Assembly: GCA_013239625.1 (NCBI GenBank)
Contig: MU054575.1
Location: forward strand, 867,687 to 931,686
Length of the DNA stretch: 64,000 bases
Direction of reading: 5' to 3'
Origin: Lama guanicoe
Taxonomy: Eukaryota
In this document: in pieces, positions 49,801 to 61,734 of the stretch
How positions within the stretch are numbered: position 1 is the first letter of the stretch
Layout of the letters: the number at the start of each line of letters is the position of its first letter
Translations under genes and position numbers: made by a program
Notes under the pieces: model-generated
The model's input: the letters and a program-made list of their open reading frames with translations, nothing else
The model's database searches: none
What the model was told of the DNA's origin: nothing

Positions 49801-52800
49801 TCGGGGGAAATACCAACCACCCCTCAGGCGCAAGCGGGGGCTCCCTGGGGGGGACGAGCTCTTCTGCGGGATCCAGCTTCTCGCCGCCGCCGCCCTGCCC
49901 CTCCCTGCCCGTGGCCACGGCAGGGCGGGGCTCCGGAGGCAGAGAGGGCAGAAGCAGCGCAGTCTTCCGCCGCCAGAGGCCCCGAGACGCAGGCAGAACA
50001 TCTGCTTTGCCGGCAAAGCGCAAGACTCAACGTGGGGGGGGTAAGAGGAGGCACGGACTGGGCCTCTTCAAACACCCCGAGGACAAGCCCACCCTCACTC
50101 AGAGCGCCCTGCAGACCTAGGGACACGCAAGGGGGACGGGAGGGGCGCTGCACAAAGCAGCGGGTGCAAGCCAGACGGCAGCAGAAAGACGCCCAAGCTC
50201 ACGAGGAACAAAGCAAACGAAAAACAAAACGAGAAGCCCCCCCTTCTGGGCAAAATGTCCAGAGACTGTGTAGTGCTGGAAGCAAGGTGCACTCACACAC
50301 TGCAGAGGGCTTTGTGATGGGCAATTCAGCAACGCCAAAAATGAACAATGCAAATGACGTCCCGGGACTCGGTAATTCTACTCTGAGGAACCCGTCCTGT
50401 TTGCAAAGGACGCCTGGACGGACGCAGCCACTTATGCAAAGACACCCACCTCGGCCCTGTTTATAAAGGATCAGAGACAACCTGGGCGTGCGAATTAGTC
50501 TACACGGCCGGCTCTGGGTTCAGACAGCCTGGATTCAAATCCCACCTCTGCCCGTTGGGTGCTGCGTGATTCTGCAAAGTTATTTAGTATGTTAAAGTGT
50601 GTTATATATAAAGTGTATAAAATATATGAAGTGTGTTAGTATCCTTGTCTGCAAAATGGAATAAAAGTTCTCTCTCTGAGCCGACTGGAGAACTCCTCTA
50701 CAGGAGCACTGAGGGCAGGGCCAGGCCCACAGGCAACACCTGCTGGAAGTCGGCTATTTTGTTATAATGACACAACTATCACTTGGGGAAAAAAGTTTAA
50801 AAAGACTGAAAACAAACCATGTTCACAAGGGAAGTGAAAAAAGAACTCTCCCAAGAAGGGGTGGAGGGAGGAAGGGCCAGTCACAGGAGGGCAGGGGATT
50901 GGGGCAGTCCAGTCAGTGTCCAGAGGGGCCGGAGCAGCCGGCTGTGGCCTGGCCTCTGCCGGGGTGGCGCGGCCGGGGAGGGGGTGAGCAGCTACGGGGA
51001 ACAACATCAGCAGGCCCGGCTCCACGCCTCTCCCGACCCTGACCCCAGCCCCCTTCCAAACCTGATCTTTATGTTGGGTTTGAGAAAAACCAGGGTAAAG
51101 ACGGAAGGCAAGGAGGCCGCCAATGTAGAGGCTGATGGGGGGAGGGTGTAGCTCAGTGGTAGAGCACGTGCTTACCACACACGAGGTCCTGGGTTCAATC
51201 CCAGGTAGGTAAATAAACCTAATTACGCCCCCAAAATAATTATAAAATAAATAAGATTTTAAAAATAAATTTTAAAAAAAGCTTAAAAGTTGGAGACTGC
51301 TTCGTTTGGGAGCGGCCCGGGACTGTGGCCGCAGGTGTGCGCGGGCAGCCTGGGGCTGCTCCGACCGTCCTCCCTTACTACCCCACCTTCTGTACAGACG
51401 GAGCTCTCCGCTTCCCCTCCTCCCCGTTTCCTCACCTGCCATCTCCCCAAAGCAAGGGCGCTACCGCCTTCCTTCGTAGTCTCCTTTCTTTCCTGTCCCG
51501 AGCCCTGTTTAGTCACCAGTAAGCCAAGTGCAAGTGGGGCTGATTTAAAGACAGCATTTACTCCAACAGAAAAGGGCCAAGTTCAAGGCGACCTTGCCTA
51601 CAGCCAAGTCAGCCGTGAGCAGAGGGCAGACGCCCAAACACACGCGGAGCTAAGGGTAAAATTCCATCTCTTCTGTCCCGCAAAGTGACACACTTGCCAC
51701 TGTCTGTGCCAGCACTCAGGCTGAGGAGACCAGGAGGTGGTCTCCAGCCAGCAACGCCCATGGGGCAAAGCAGGCAACTCAAGTCTGGGGTCTCTGCACC
51801 GCTGCTGCAGCTCTGCTCTAAGCGCGACAAAAAAGATTATTACAAAAAAGAAAGTGTAAAAAAAACACTAACATCATCAGAAAGTAAACCGAACAATGGC
51901 TAGGCCTTATAACATTCGTCTCCTTTGACCCAGTAATTACACTCAAAGGAACCTGAACTGAGGAAACCACCAGAAATTCAAACAAAAGCCTGGGGTTCAA
52001 GTAAGCCGATCATAATGCATCGATTTAGAACGGGGTGGTGGCGGTAGTGGCACATCTGGGGAAATGTTAAATAGATCTGTTTACAGCCAACAGATACGAC
52101 AGCTCCTGCCCACCCCACAGTCTGCAGGGCAAGGAAGGAGCAGCGTCACGCTGCCCACAGGCCCTCACGCTGTCACTCCACTGTGCTAAGGCGATGAGCA
52201 CGGTGAGCTGGGGGTGGCCACGGGGCCGGGGCTGAGGGACGACCACCCTGGCAGTGTTTCACCCGGAAGCTAGGTGGCTTCCTTTCATTTTCTTTGTAAC
52301 TTTAATGTCTCAGCTGTTTCACAGTAACCTGTAAAAGGGTGGACTGTGGGGAAGCTCACTGAGCCGCTGGTAGTCACTTCCAGAAGACAGAGGTCTGCAC
52401 AGTGCTCAGCACACTTCTCCGTCTTGTCCCAGTCTTCTTACAGGAAGCACACACGACTTTCACAGTGTGCGCGGGGAAGCAGCAGGAACACCAGCCTGGC
52501 TCAGAGTCTGGAGCCTCCCGCGGCTGGGGCTCCACCCACCTACGAGCCACTGAACAGGACGAGGGGAACCGGCACAGGCTGGGAGGGAAAGGAAACGGGC
52601 CGAGGGGATCCAAACAGGCGTCCGACAAGAGCAAACGAAGGGGAAGAGGAAACGATCCCTAGGAGAAATTGGTCATCACGTCTGGGTCAGCCACAGGTGA
52701 GGAAAATGCACAGAGAATCTTACAACAGCGCCCGCGCGCACAGCCCGATGGGGAAAGCAAGACACCCCATCGCAGCAAAGGCAGCGCACTGCCGCGAGGT

Positions 52801-55800
52801 GCCGCCAGGGGGCGCACCGGCCAAGCCCTGCACAGAGAGGGGCGCATGTGGGAGAAGCAGCTAGGAACAACCTGGGTGCCGCGGGAAAGAGGGGCCCCTC
52901 AGCTACCAGAGTGGCCCCAACCTGTGAGCAGGCACCACGCTGGCCGGTGCCCGTGCCCCACCCGCAGAGGGATAGCTGAATGCCACCTCCCAAAGTAGAG
53001 CAGACTCAGACAGGGACAGGGACAGGGGTGTGGCCCCTGCTCCTGCCCCCAGCAGGAACCACCTGCAGCACCAGGAGAGAGAAATCCCACTCACACTGCT
53101 CTGCAGGGAAGGAACCACGCCCAGGTTCCCGTCTCCCATCCCAAGATGCCAAAGTTACAGCCCTCAGGCACTGTGTCCCCACGAGCTGAGACTGAGAGCC
53201 ACCAGTCAGTCAGTCATGTGCCGCTGGAACTACTGTCGCACCGGAATGGAACCCACCAGCCACAGGCAGACCAGCAGGTCACGAACAGTGCATGCCACCC
53301 AGGTCCAGCTCTCCTACTGCAGCCACTGAGACTGAGCTGCACGCCGTGGGACGTGCTCTGCAACGCTGTGTCTCATGACAGCAGGGAAACGTTTTCCCAG
53401 CGTTAACGACCTGCAGCTGCTTCTACAACTGAACCCTAGCAGGCTTCTTTCACTAGCACCTTGGGCTTCCGTCACAGGCTGCTTCTATCTGAGTCCACAC
53501 CTACCACCCTCCCCTGCCTGTTCTGTATACCTCAGATCCTCACAGACCTGGGACACTGAGGAAAAGGATGACACCACCCTGCTCGACCGAGGAAACAAAT
53601 CAGCTTGGAGAGAGAGCGTGGCACAGCGGACACCACGGCTGAGGAGTCCCACCCTGCATCTGCCGCCTGCACCTGCCACCCAGCAGCTGGTGGCCTGGGT
53701 TACCTGTCAGGCTGTGCACATGCTGGGCGAGGCCCAGAAAGGCCATCTGAGAGTAAGCGTCGCATCCAAGTCGCCCAACAAGTGAGTGGCCAGGTTTGGA
53801 TTTCCTGCCCTGGCTCCAAGCCCTTTACCCTCAGTGCCCCAATCCCTTCTCATACCAACCAGGAGTTCAAACCATCAGGACTCACCATAGGCTGTCCAGG
53901 CTCTGAGAACTTCACCTTGATATCCTGCAGGTGTTTCAAGATTGGCTCATCATATTCCTGAACATAAAGAGAAAAAAGAAACCTCCAGTGGGCTTTCTAA
54001 AAACAGCACACACGTTCTCATCAAGTGGCTGCTGCGTGTACTCCAAGACACCGGAGAGTCAGCCCCGTTGGAATCCTGTCCTCGCCACTCCCGGGAAGTC
54101 AACAAAGTTTGTCCACCGCCGTCCAGTCGTAGGCTGGCAGCAACGAGGTGCCACGCTGTACGGCACGGAGCACTGGTAACATCAGTGCCACACAGGAAGG
54201 CCAAGGGCCCTGCCTGCCCTCACGCCAGCGCCACTGCACACGGGGTCAGAAATGCCACCAACCTAGACCGGTGGTCCTCAGCACCTCTGAAGGGACAGCA
54301 TCAGAGGACATGCCTAGACAAGCTACTGACCTTGGCAGCCAAGCCATTCCTGCTCATGGCACGTGGCAATAAATATCCAAAATCCAACCACATAGTTACT
54401 CACAGTCAGGGCCACTTACAGGGGGTGTCCGAGACCTCAGTGACAGGCATTCTGTAGGGGCCCTATGCTTTTATATGTCGTCATCACACAAATTCAGAAG
54501 TTTGCCAGGGCCTGTCATTTGTAAAGTCCAAATGAGAAAAATTCGGGGGGAAAAAGAAATCACGAGACCGGAAGCCGGTGACCGCTTACTAACGATGACT
54601 GCTTCATCCGTAAAGCAGTTACTTCTCTGCCCTTGAAGTCTGGGGCTGGACCTAGTGATTTCCGTTACGGTCTAAGAACCGAGTCTGATCACCACCAACT
54701 TTAAATTCCTTGGACATTACAGGCACACCTCGCTCTATCGTGCTTCACAAATACATAAATACAAATACATATATATTTTTTTCTCCCAAATTGAAGGTTT
54801 GTGGAAACTCTCTTGTCAGATGAAGGTTAGCACTTTCCAGCAATAAAGTGCTTTTACATTAAGGAATGCACAGTGACACGCTACTGTACACTTCAGTACA
54901 AAAGCCAGAAACGCGACACAGCAGAACAAAATGTAAGGTACACGCACCGTCTTTCAGACATGTTACCGCACACTTACGAGGTTAAGTGTGCACGCAGCTT
55001 GCACGTACCCTGGGAAACCAAACCCTCGTGTGGCTCACTTTCATGCTACATCTGCTTCCCTGCAGCGGTCCGAACCAAAGCCACGCCTCCCCGCGGTGTG
55101 CCCATCTAGCACAAAACAAGCAGCAGCCCCAAAGGCACCCAGCAGGGCTCCAGACGGAAAGCAGCCCAGACGGTTCTCAAAGAAGGCCGCATCAGTATGA
55201 GGCGTCAGGTCCCAAACTCCAGAACCAGGAACCACTTGGCCCTAAGGCTGCAGCCTGCCCACCTGGCACACACGGCTAGTTCTTAACGCTCCAAGATGCA
55301 CGTGTCACTGTATGCATTCCATACGTGGCACAGGGATCTTCAAACTCAGCCCAGGCAAACCAGCAGCACCCATTGGTGTTTTCCCAAATTCATGAAATAA
55401 CCATCATGTTCTTAATTTCCTCAACGAGCCATGTACCGTGCGGGCCAAGAACTTTCTGTGGCCCAGAGCATAATGGAAAGCCCTAGGTTAGCAGACTCAT
55501 AACTATGGACCCTAAGGGCCAACAGTGGAAGCAACTCAGGGACTGAGACTTAAAGCTGCCCCTTCCCCAAGTTTCAAAGCCTTACTTGTGGAGTCTGCAC
55601 TTTGGCCGCCCCCAGACAGAGGAGCCAGGGGCCAGGGGCCGGGGGCCGGGCCTGTCTTCAGGACCTAACGTTTGACCAGCAGGGAACCTCCCACCATTAC
55701 CTGCTTCAGGCTATAAACAGCCTGAGCCACACTTCATCACCCTCTGCACACTGAGGGAGTTCTCGGAAAACACCACCCTGTCTTTTCAGAGCCGTAACAC

Positions 55801-58800
55801 AAAGCGGAGGGAGACGCTCTGCGGCATAAATACTGAAGTGCAGACATGGACACAGAGGTGCTGGGAGAACGGAGCAGACACCTCATCAAAACACAGCCAC
55901 CTGTGCTGCCACCCCCAAGCCAAGGACAGGCTACACACAAAGCAGCTGCTCTCATCACTGGCTCCCACCTGACCAGCTGGCCACGCAGCACCAGAGTCGG
56001 GTCACCCAGTCAAGTCACCTGACCAGCACCGAAAAACCGACTTCATGGCAATCCTGCCGCCACTCAGTGTGCCCCCGACCTGCAGCAGGGCCATCACCTG
56101 GGGGCACATCAGAAATGCAGACCCTCAGGTCCCACCAAGACCTGATTCAGAACCTGCATTTTCATGGGATGCCCAGGTGCTGGGTACACCCATGACAGTT
56201 CCATCCCTCTCTCCGTCTGCTCTGCTAGTGGGGGGATTTTCAACCCTTAGTGCACGTCAGAAACACGCGGGAGCCTCTCCAAACACGGCGAGCTCTTTCT
56301 GACGTGCGGCAGGGGAGACACTGACGCTACTCAGTTTTAGAAGCTGCCCAGGTGATTCTCACAGTCAGGCTGAGAACCAGGCTTTGGTGCGTGCTATTCA
56401 CGTTTTCCAGTAAATTTCTCGCTCAGACATTCTTTTAAATGGTCTAGTTTTCTCAAGCCCCACTATTTCCTATGAAAAAGGACACTCAGACAAGAAAACA
56501 CAGGCTATCCTAAGTCATGTATTTTAAATGTTCCGCGAGCTTGGAAGGAGAGCAGGAAACTCGTCCCGCCCATCCTTTCTTAACTTCCAGCCTTCGGATA
56601 GGCATTAAAAGAGGCGGGCAAGAAAGGCAGTGACGTGGCAAGTTTCTGGAACCATCACAACTGCGGTAGCGCCATCTGCAGGCCACACGCTGACACGGAA
56701 GCACCGTGCAGATCTGACCGGATGAAGCCCGAAAGCAGAGACGACCATCTCTGTGGGCTTCTGAGCAGGATCTTTTTCTGAATTTTGGAAACTTCTACCG
56801 TAACTCAGTTCAGGGAAAGTTACATTTGTTGCCTTTCAACTGCTTCCCATTTCACTGTAGAAAGCCTAACACAACAAGATAAAAACAGAAGGCTCAGCTA
56901 TTCCCATTAAAACAGAACTAGAGAGGTTTTCAAGTGAGACGATCAGAACACGTGAGGAACTTGCTGTGTATTTATACGACCGGCAGCACCGCACGACAGG
57001 CCCATTCTGAGTTTCAAAAACCACTGAGAAACATCCAGGGTCTGTTCGCTCCACTAAAATTGCAAATGCAGTAAATTTCAGAAATCATCCCAGAGCAGTC
57101 CGAGCCTGCACCAGCAAGAGCATGTGTGCAGGTCTCCCATCTCACACCTCCCGCCGGCTCGGGTCACAGTGAGGTGGAACAGGGCCCTGAGCACGCCTCC
57201 TGGGGCGCTGGGCGCAGGTGCTGAGCGGCAGCCCCCCCCCCCAGGACCGCGGTCCCGGCAGCTCGCAGGGCGGGCTCCGGCCGTAACCACGCCTCCCGGC
57301 GGGACCCGCACTGTCTGGGCTGCTGGTCACAGGAGGTGCCCTCCCACCCGTAATCAACAACTGCTGAACACCCTGTAGAGTGGTTCGCAGATTTAAGCCT
57401 GCCAGCCCTCTGTGAGGTGGACATGCGCCCACCTGGACGAGCTCACTGAGCATGTCGACATTCCTGAAGATGGTGAACCAGAACTCCGGGATTCCTCTGG
57501 GGTTTGGCTCTTCTGCTGCTGCTGCTGCTTCTTTTTCTGCTATGACTACTTTGTTTTTCATGTCCCCCTTAAAAAAAAAGTAAAATAAAACACCACAAAG
57601 TAACAAGTTTACAAATAACCCAATGGCTTAATACAAAACATTATTTCAAAATCCCATGTAAACTTCTAACAAAAGTTGTCCTTCGAATTTTCGCCTCTAA
57701 GACCCACTGTGCCCATCACAATTTCAAACGATTCCAAGAAGAAAGGCGTTCCATCCAGGAGTAACTTCATGCTTCAATGTCAGATCAAGGGGAAGAAGCT
57801 GAATCAAGAGCTGGTATGATGCCCCCCATCTGGGAAAGGCCGTCTAGTGCCGGCTCGGAGACACCCATCTCGGGGCAGGCAGCACCGATGTGCGCCCCAG
57901 CCACGCTGCACACCCGCCTACACGGAGGGAGAGGTCAGGACGGAGGCACAAGGCAGACACAGGGCGGTGACAGGAAAGGCCCTGTGGCCACGAGGAGGGG
58001 AGTCTTTTCCAACATCACAGCCTTGACACGATTCTTAGAGAAAATGATTACAGGGGTGTTTGAATTAACAGAGGCAGATTTTCCTCAAGCAACAAAGACT
58101 GGCTCATAACTACATGGATACACCAGCATGGCTTCAACTATGCCAGATTTTTAAAGGATCAAGAACATACGTGGCTACCAAAACTAACATTATACACTTT
58201 CAAAAATCTCTAAGAATTTATATTATAGAACAAAAACAGCTACTTGTCTCCCAAACATAAAATCAGGCTGACAAAGTTCACCCTGCCATGCTGGGACTCC
58301 CCACGGCACTGGAATGATACTTGTCACCAGAAAAAGGCTGTAAGCAGGTGACCGACAGACAGGGCACATCACCGAAAGGACGTGGAACCCAGCAACCTAG
58401 AGCAGCGAAGTGCACCTGGCTACGGCGCTGGCACTGCTGGTCCCTGAGCAGGACGGCTCCGACATCTTCGGTGTGCTCTCCCCGGGCGGGTCTTTGCTCT
58501 TTCAACTAAGACTTCTCCTGATGGTTCCATCTCTGTTCCCCTGGTCCCTTAGCTCATTGTACTACTGTGCAGAGTCGTCACAGGTGACTTGAGTCTGGTC
58601 CGTCACACTGACAGACAGAACCCAGTCCAGTGCCAGGCCTGCAGGCTGCTCAGTTCCACTGCCATAAAGGAACATGAACACCCAGCCTGCAGCTGGAGCA
58701 GCACCTGCTGCCAGCAGCTCTCTCCCACAGCTCAAAGCCACTGAAACTATCCTATTTCTAGCAGCACTGGAACAGAACACAAGTTGCACTCATTAGGAAA

Positions 58801-61734
58801 CTTACAGCCAGCTTGTCCTCCTCTTCATTCTCACTGTGCCACTCGGACTCTGCGTCTGTGGGCTCAGCATCACCGGTGACGAACTCCCTTCTCTAAGTGA
58901 AGACGAAACCTTCTGAGTTACGTTCAGTTACTCACACAATCGAGAGCTAAGACAACGAGACTGTAAATGAAGTGTGGGGAAACGGAGTGCTTTTATAACT
59001 TATCTTAGGATTCTAAGTTTCAGGGCTCCAAGAATAATATCCAGTGATTCACTGGGTATATCTGATGTTTCACCTAAAGGAAGATTTGAAATACACTGAT
59101 TAAATTTTTCAGCAGAGCCCCTACCTTGTCAAAGAGAGGCTGGTATAAGGCTGCGTACTTCCTCTCCAAGTCGTGGACCTCTTCGTAGAACTTGGCTTCT
59201 ATGTGAGCACATTTCACCTGCAGCTGTTTCAACGCATTGATCCTTCTTTTTACTGCCTTAGGTAAACTGAAAGAGGGAACAAGACAACAAAACACCCATA
59301 CGTCTGCAACATAAGGTGGCATGCACAGAATTAACCACCTTACCATGAAGAAAAGCTCCTAAAAATCATGAAGGACACCCCTGCCGCCTCCCCCAAGAGC
59401 AGGGTGGTGAGGGAGGAGGAAGCTGAAAACATAATCCACGAAACAAAAAACACAAATAACCAAACATCAAAGAAAGAGCCAATCTCACAAAACATCCAAA
59501 AGAACGCAAATTTAAAAGAACTGCTGTCTTTTCCTTAACAAATCGGCAAAAAAAAAAAAAAAAAAAAAAAAAAACCCCAGGCTGGAAGCAGAGGCCCTCT
59601 GACTCATCTTTCTTAAGGGCAAACAAGATCCTTGGAAATGTTCTTTGGATCTACTTCTAAGACTATATCCTAAGGAAATAACAAAGTATTTAGTTTATAT
59701 GCTGGAATGACCACTGGTGCATCATCTACAGACTGGAAACAATGACAAGATGTGCAGAATTAAAGCAGGGCCTGTCCTCAGCCACGTCCTCGAGGGGGAC
59801 TCAGGGCCACGTCAAGTGCTCGTACTGACCCTGACCCTGACCCAGGGAGAATCAGAGACAACACAGCCAGGGCCTCTGTTCTCTTCTAGAGTCAGAGAAC
59901 TGGGAGCTTCTTTGCTTTCTGATACTTTCCCCTCTTCTTAAAAATACGTTTGCTTGTATGCATTGCTTTTATAAATTGGAAGAAACCACTTTAAACCCAT
60001 CAGAATCACTTGTTTAACTTAAAGCTCTCAGTCACGCTCTAGAACCAAGAGCAGATTCCTGGGACTCTCAAAGCCCCACAGTCCCTGTTAGTGGGCCCAG
60101 GTCCCGCCCTCTGGGTGCTTCTCTCCCGCAAGGGCAGGGCCGAGAGCACACAGCAGCAGGCAGCTCTCCAGCACAGCGCTGTTCAGGAAACGCAGCATCC
60201 GGGGGGAACTGGTCCCAGGAAGCTGCGGGCACCTCAACCCCTGGATGCTCCCGCCCCTCGCATGGAGCGGGCTGGTGTGTGCACGCGACCCAGCACACCC
60301 TCCTGCGACTACCGCCAACAACCAGCACAATGTAAACGCTATGCACACAGCTGCCGGTGTAGGACAAGTTCAGTTTGGCTTTTTGGAACTTTCTGGGAAA
60401 GCCCTCCCCTTACTTCTGACCTGCGGTTGGTTGAAACGGCAGGTGCAGAACCCACAGAACCAGCGGATGAGGAGGGTGGACGGTACAGGAGCAGTCCTGA
60501 ACCACAAAGGACCCCTGTCCCGGGACGCCCACGCGCACGGCAACCTCAGTTTAGGCAGAGGTCCTTCACCAAAGACTCCCAGCAACAGCTGCCCCGCGAG
60601 AGCACGGGCAGCAGACGAGGACAAAGGAAAGGCAGAGAGCCGAGCAGAGCAGCAGACACACGGCACCACCTGCGCTTCTTTTCGTCGCTGATTACACACC
60701 TTGAACACCTCCTGACTTGCAAAGCCTCCTTAATGGAGTAACGAGAAGGCTTCTAAGCCAAAGGGCACCCCCACCGCCTTCCAAACAGTAACCGCAACGA
60801 CACACCGTCCTCCCTGCCCCGTGCGTCCGGCGTGGAACAAACTCTGCCCCCACAAAACCGTTCCCACACCCGCATTTCCTCTGAGAGAACGCCCCCCCAT
60901 TCACTCAGTTCCCAAATACAGAAAGCCAGAAACCATCGCTCACACTCCTCTACCCGCCCCCTCAGTGTCGCTACACCCCACTGACTAAGCCTGCGAAATC
61001 TCACAAGACCATCCCCACCAAGTCCCCTCCCAGAGAACCCTCTACACTGATGGGCAAAGCTGACCGCAAGTGTGCCCGCCCTCCCGTAACGGACCCCAGG
61101 AGCATCGTCAGGCCCACGTGGGGACCAGTGTGCAGTGGGCGCAGCTCGGCCTTGGGAGGAGGACACCCAGGCTTTGAGAAGAGGACTGGAGGGTGGGTGT
61201 CCCCGTTGTCCCCCCTGTGCAGCACAGCCAGGACACTGGCCTCCTCCCAACACGCAGGTGTGGCTCCCACAGGTGATGGAGGAGAGTCAGGCAGGAGCGG
61301 TTCTCTTGGCCAAATACAAGCCACCGTGAAGAGACAGCACTCCGCCCGCCCACCTGGTCCAAGCCCCCCGCTATGGCCTCCTTGTCCCCCTGACTCCCCT
61401 GAACGGGAGAAGTCCTCTACTATCGCCAAGGGCGGCACTGTGCCCTCACCTATGAGCTAACAGGATGGTCCCATATCATGTTCTAACCCCAGCCCTTGTT
61501 CTGGAACCCGACGCCTGACTCTCAGGAGGCAACGTCTGCCAAACAAAAACGTACTTCTTCCTGGTCTGAGGGCGCGGGAGAGCTTTCCCTTTGTTTCTTA
61601 AAGCTGTATCGAGCCTCGCTTGCAGCATACTCACGTCTCGATGTAGCTCGAAGGAGTGTGGGAGACACTGTCAAGTCGTTCCTGTAAAGCTGCCAGAACT
61701 TGTGGATTCTGCATCACTTGATCTGTGAGCTTTT
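37838..61734 (-). CDS. NAP1L4: Nucleosome assembly protein 1-like 4, 5'-partial spliced CDS
   Basis: complement(join(37838..37876 or 41059..41064,42659..42715,43143..43172,45270..45389,45765..45787,48004..48149,49452..49591,53886..53957,57433..57567,58806..58892,59125..59266,61635..61734)). All introns are GT-AG with consistent phases, and the peptide matches NAP1L4. The first ~24 codons lie beyond the window. Confidence 0.96.
39326..39365. repeat. Degenerate hexamer tandem repeat
   Basis: ACCAAA ACCAAG ACCAAG ACCAGG ACCAGG GCCAGG GCCA. Confidence 0.85.
41031..41064 (-). CDS. NAP1L4: NAP1L4 34-nt cassette exon encoding V-stop (coding part 41059-41064)
   Basis: ccccatttag|GTGTAA...TTTCTAG|gtaagg; gives the ...INPKV* C-terminus recalled for the 375-aa human isoform. 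Confidence 0.85.
42659..42715 (-). CDS. NAP1L4: NAP1L4 exon (ELEGDEEGEDEDDAEINPK)
   Basis: atacag|GAG ... AAG|gttagt; 57 nt. Confidence 0.94.
43143..43172 (-). CDS. NAP1L4: NAP1L4 30-nt exon (FEEGEEGEEE)
   Basis: tttcag|TTT ... GAG|gtaaga. Confidence 0.92.
45270..45389 (-). CDS. NAP1L4: NAP1L4 exon (DEDSEFTLASDFEIG...EDDDN)
   Basis: cctcag|GAT ... AAT|gtatgt; 120 nt. Confidence 0.95.
45765..45787 (-). CDS. NAP1L4: NAP1L4 23-nt microexon (ASGDGESL)
   Basis: tttctag|CATCAGGAGACGGAGAGTCCCTG|gtaagc; required to keep the frame. Confidence 0.92.
46134..46222 (-). mobile_element. tRNA-derived SINE, GC-shifted copy
   Basis: GGGGAGGGTGGAGCTCAGTGGCGGAGCG...CACGAGGCCCCGGGCTCCCTCCCC..TACCTCC; aligns without gaps to the head of the 51137 copy. 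Confidence 0.75.
48004..48149 (-). CDS. NAP1L4: NAP1L4 exon (CTIDWKKGKNVT...FFSPLK)
   Basis: tgtag|GTGC ... AAAG|gtgagc; 146 nt. Confidence 0.95.
49452..49591 (-). CDS. NAP1L4: NAP1L4 exon (SFVLEFHFEPNDYF...VDCDG)
   Basis: tttcag|TCT ... GACGG|gtaaga; 140 nt. Confidence 0.95.
50510..50730 (+). mobile_element. MIR fragment
   Basis: CAGACAGCCTGGATTCAAATCCCACCTCTGCC..TCTGCAAAATGGAATAA. Confidence 0.6.
51137..51280 (+). mobile_element. tRNA-derived SINE (camelid Vic-1-like)
   Basis: GGGGAGGGTGTAGCTCAGTGGTAGAGC...GGTTCAATCCC, then AAATAAACCTAATTAC and an A-rich tail. Confidence 0.85.
52800..52816 (+). promoter_or_regulatory. Candidate CTCF site
   Basis: TGCCGCCAGGGGGCGCA closely matches the CTCF core consensus. 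Confidence 0.45.
53171..53293 (-). ncRNA. SNORA54: H/ACA box snoRNA SNORA54 (ACA54), intronic in NAP1L4
   Basis: Minus strand reads ATGCACTGTTCGTGACC...GGGTTCCATTCCGGTGCG-ACAGTA (H box)-...CACATGACTGACTGACTGGTGGC...GGGG-ACA-CAG. It is 123 nt with ACA 3 nt from the end, and matches recalled human SNORA54 in sequence and host intron. Confidence 0.9.
53886..53957 (-). CDS. NAP1L4: NAP1L4 exon (EYDEPILKHLQDIKVKFSEPGQPM)
   Basis: ttcag|GAA ... ATG|gtgagt; 72 nt. Confidence 0.95.
54720..54900 (+). mobile_element. Tigger1-derived (TcMar) DNA transposon remnant
   Basis: TA followed by CAGGCACACCTCG TIR-like end; AAATTGAAGGTTTGTGG; TCAGATGA.GGTTAGCA..CAATAAAGT. Confidence 0.7.
56080..56380. mobile_element. 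MER5-type (hAT-Charlie) remnants
   Basis: ATCACCTGGGG..AGAAATGCAGA..CAGAACCTGCATTTT and CCCAGGTGATTCT..GCTGAGAACCA. Confidence 0.6.
57433..57567 (-). CDS. NAP1L4: NAP1L4 exon (GDMKNK...GIPEFWFTIFRNVDMLSELVQ)
   Basis: tttaag|GGG ... CAG|gtgggc; 135 nt. Confidence 0.95.
58806..58892 (-). CDS. NAP1L4: NAP1L4 exon (RREFVTGDAEP...EDKLA)
   Basis: cttag|AGA ... GCT|gtaagt; 87 nt. Confidence 0.94.
59125..59266 (-). CDS. NAP1L4: NAP1L4 exon (LPKAVKRRINAL...PLFDK)
   Basis: ttcag|TTTA ... AAG|gtaggg; 142 nt. Confidence 0.95.
61635..61734 (-). CDS. NAP1L4: NAP1L4 exon (KLTDQVMQNP...SSYIET)
   Basis: taatag|AAAAG ... GAGAC|gtgagt; 100 nt. Confidence 0.93.

Noticed and set aside
51137-51205. tRNA-like sequences (also at about 17900, 20210 and 46200)
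   Set aside because: A and B boxes are present but there is no acceptor stem or cloverleaf, and A-rich tails follow; these are SINE heads, not tRNA genes
55624-55652. (GCCRGGG)n run as a G-quadruplex element
   Set aside because: G-runs are ubiquitous in this window; nothing marks this one as functional
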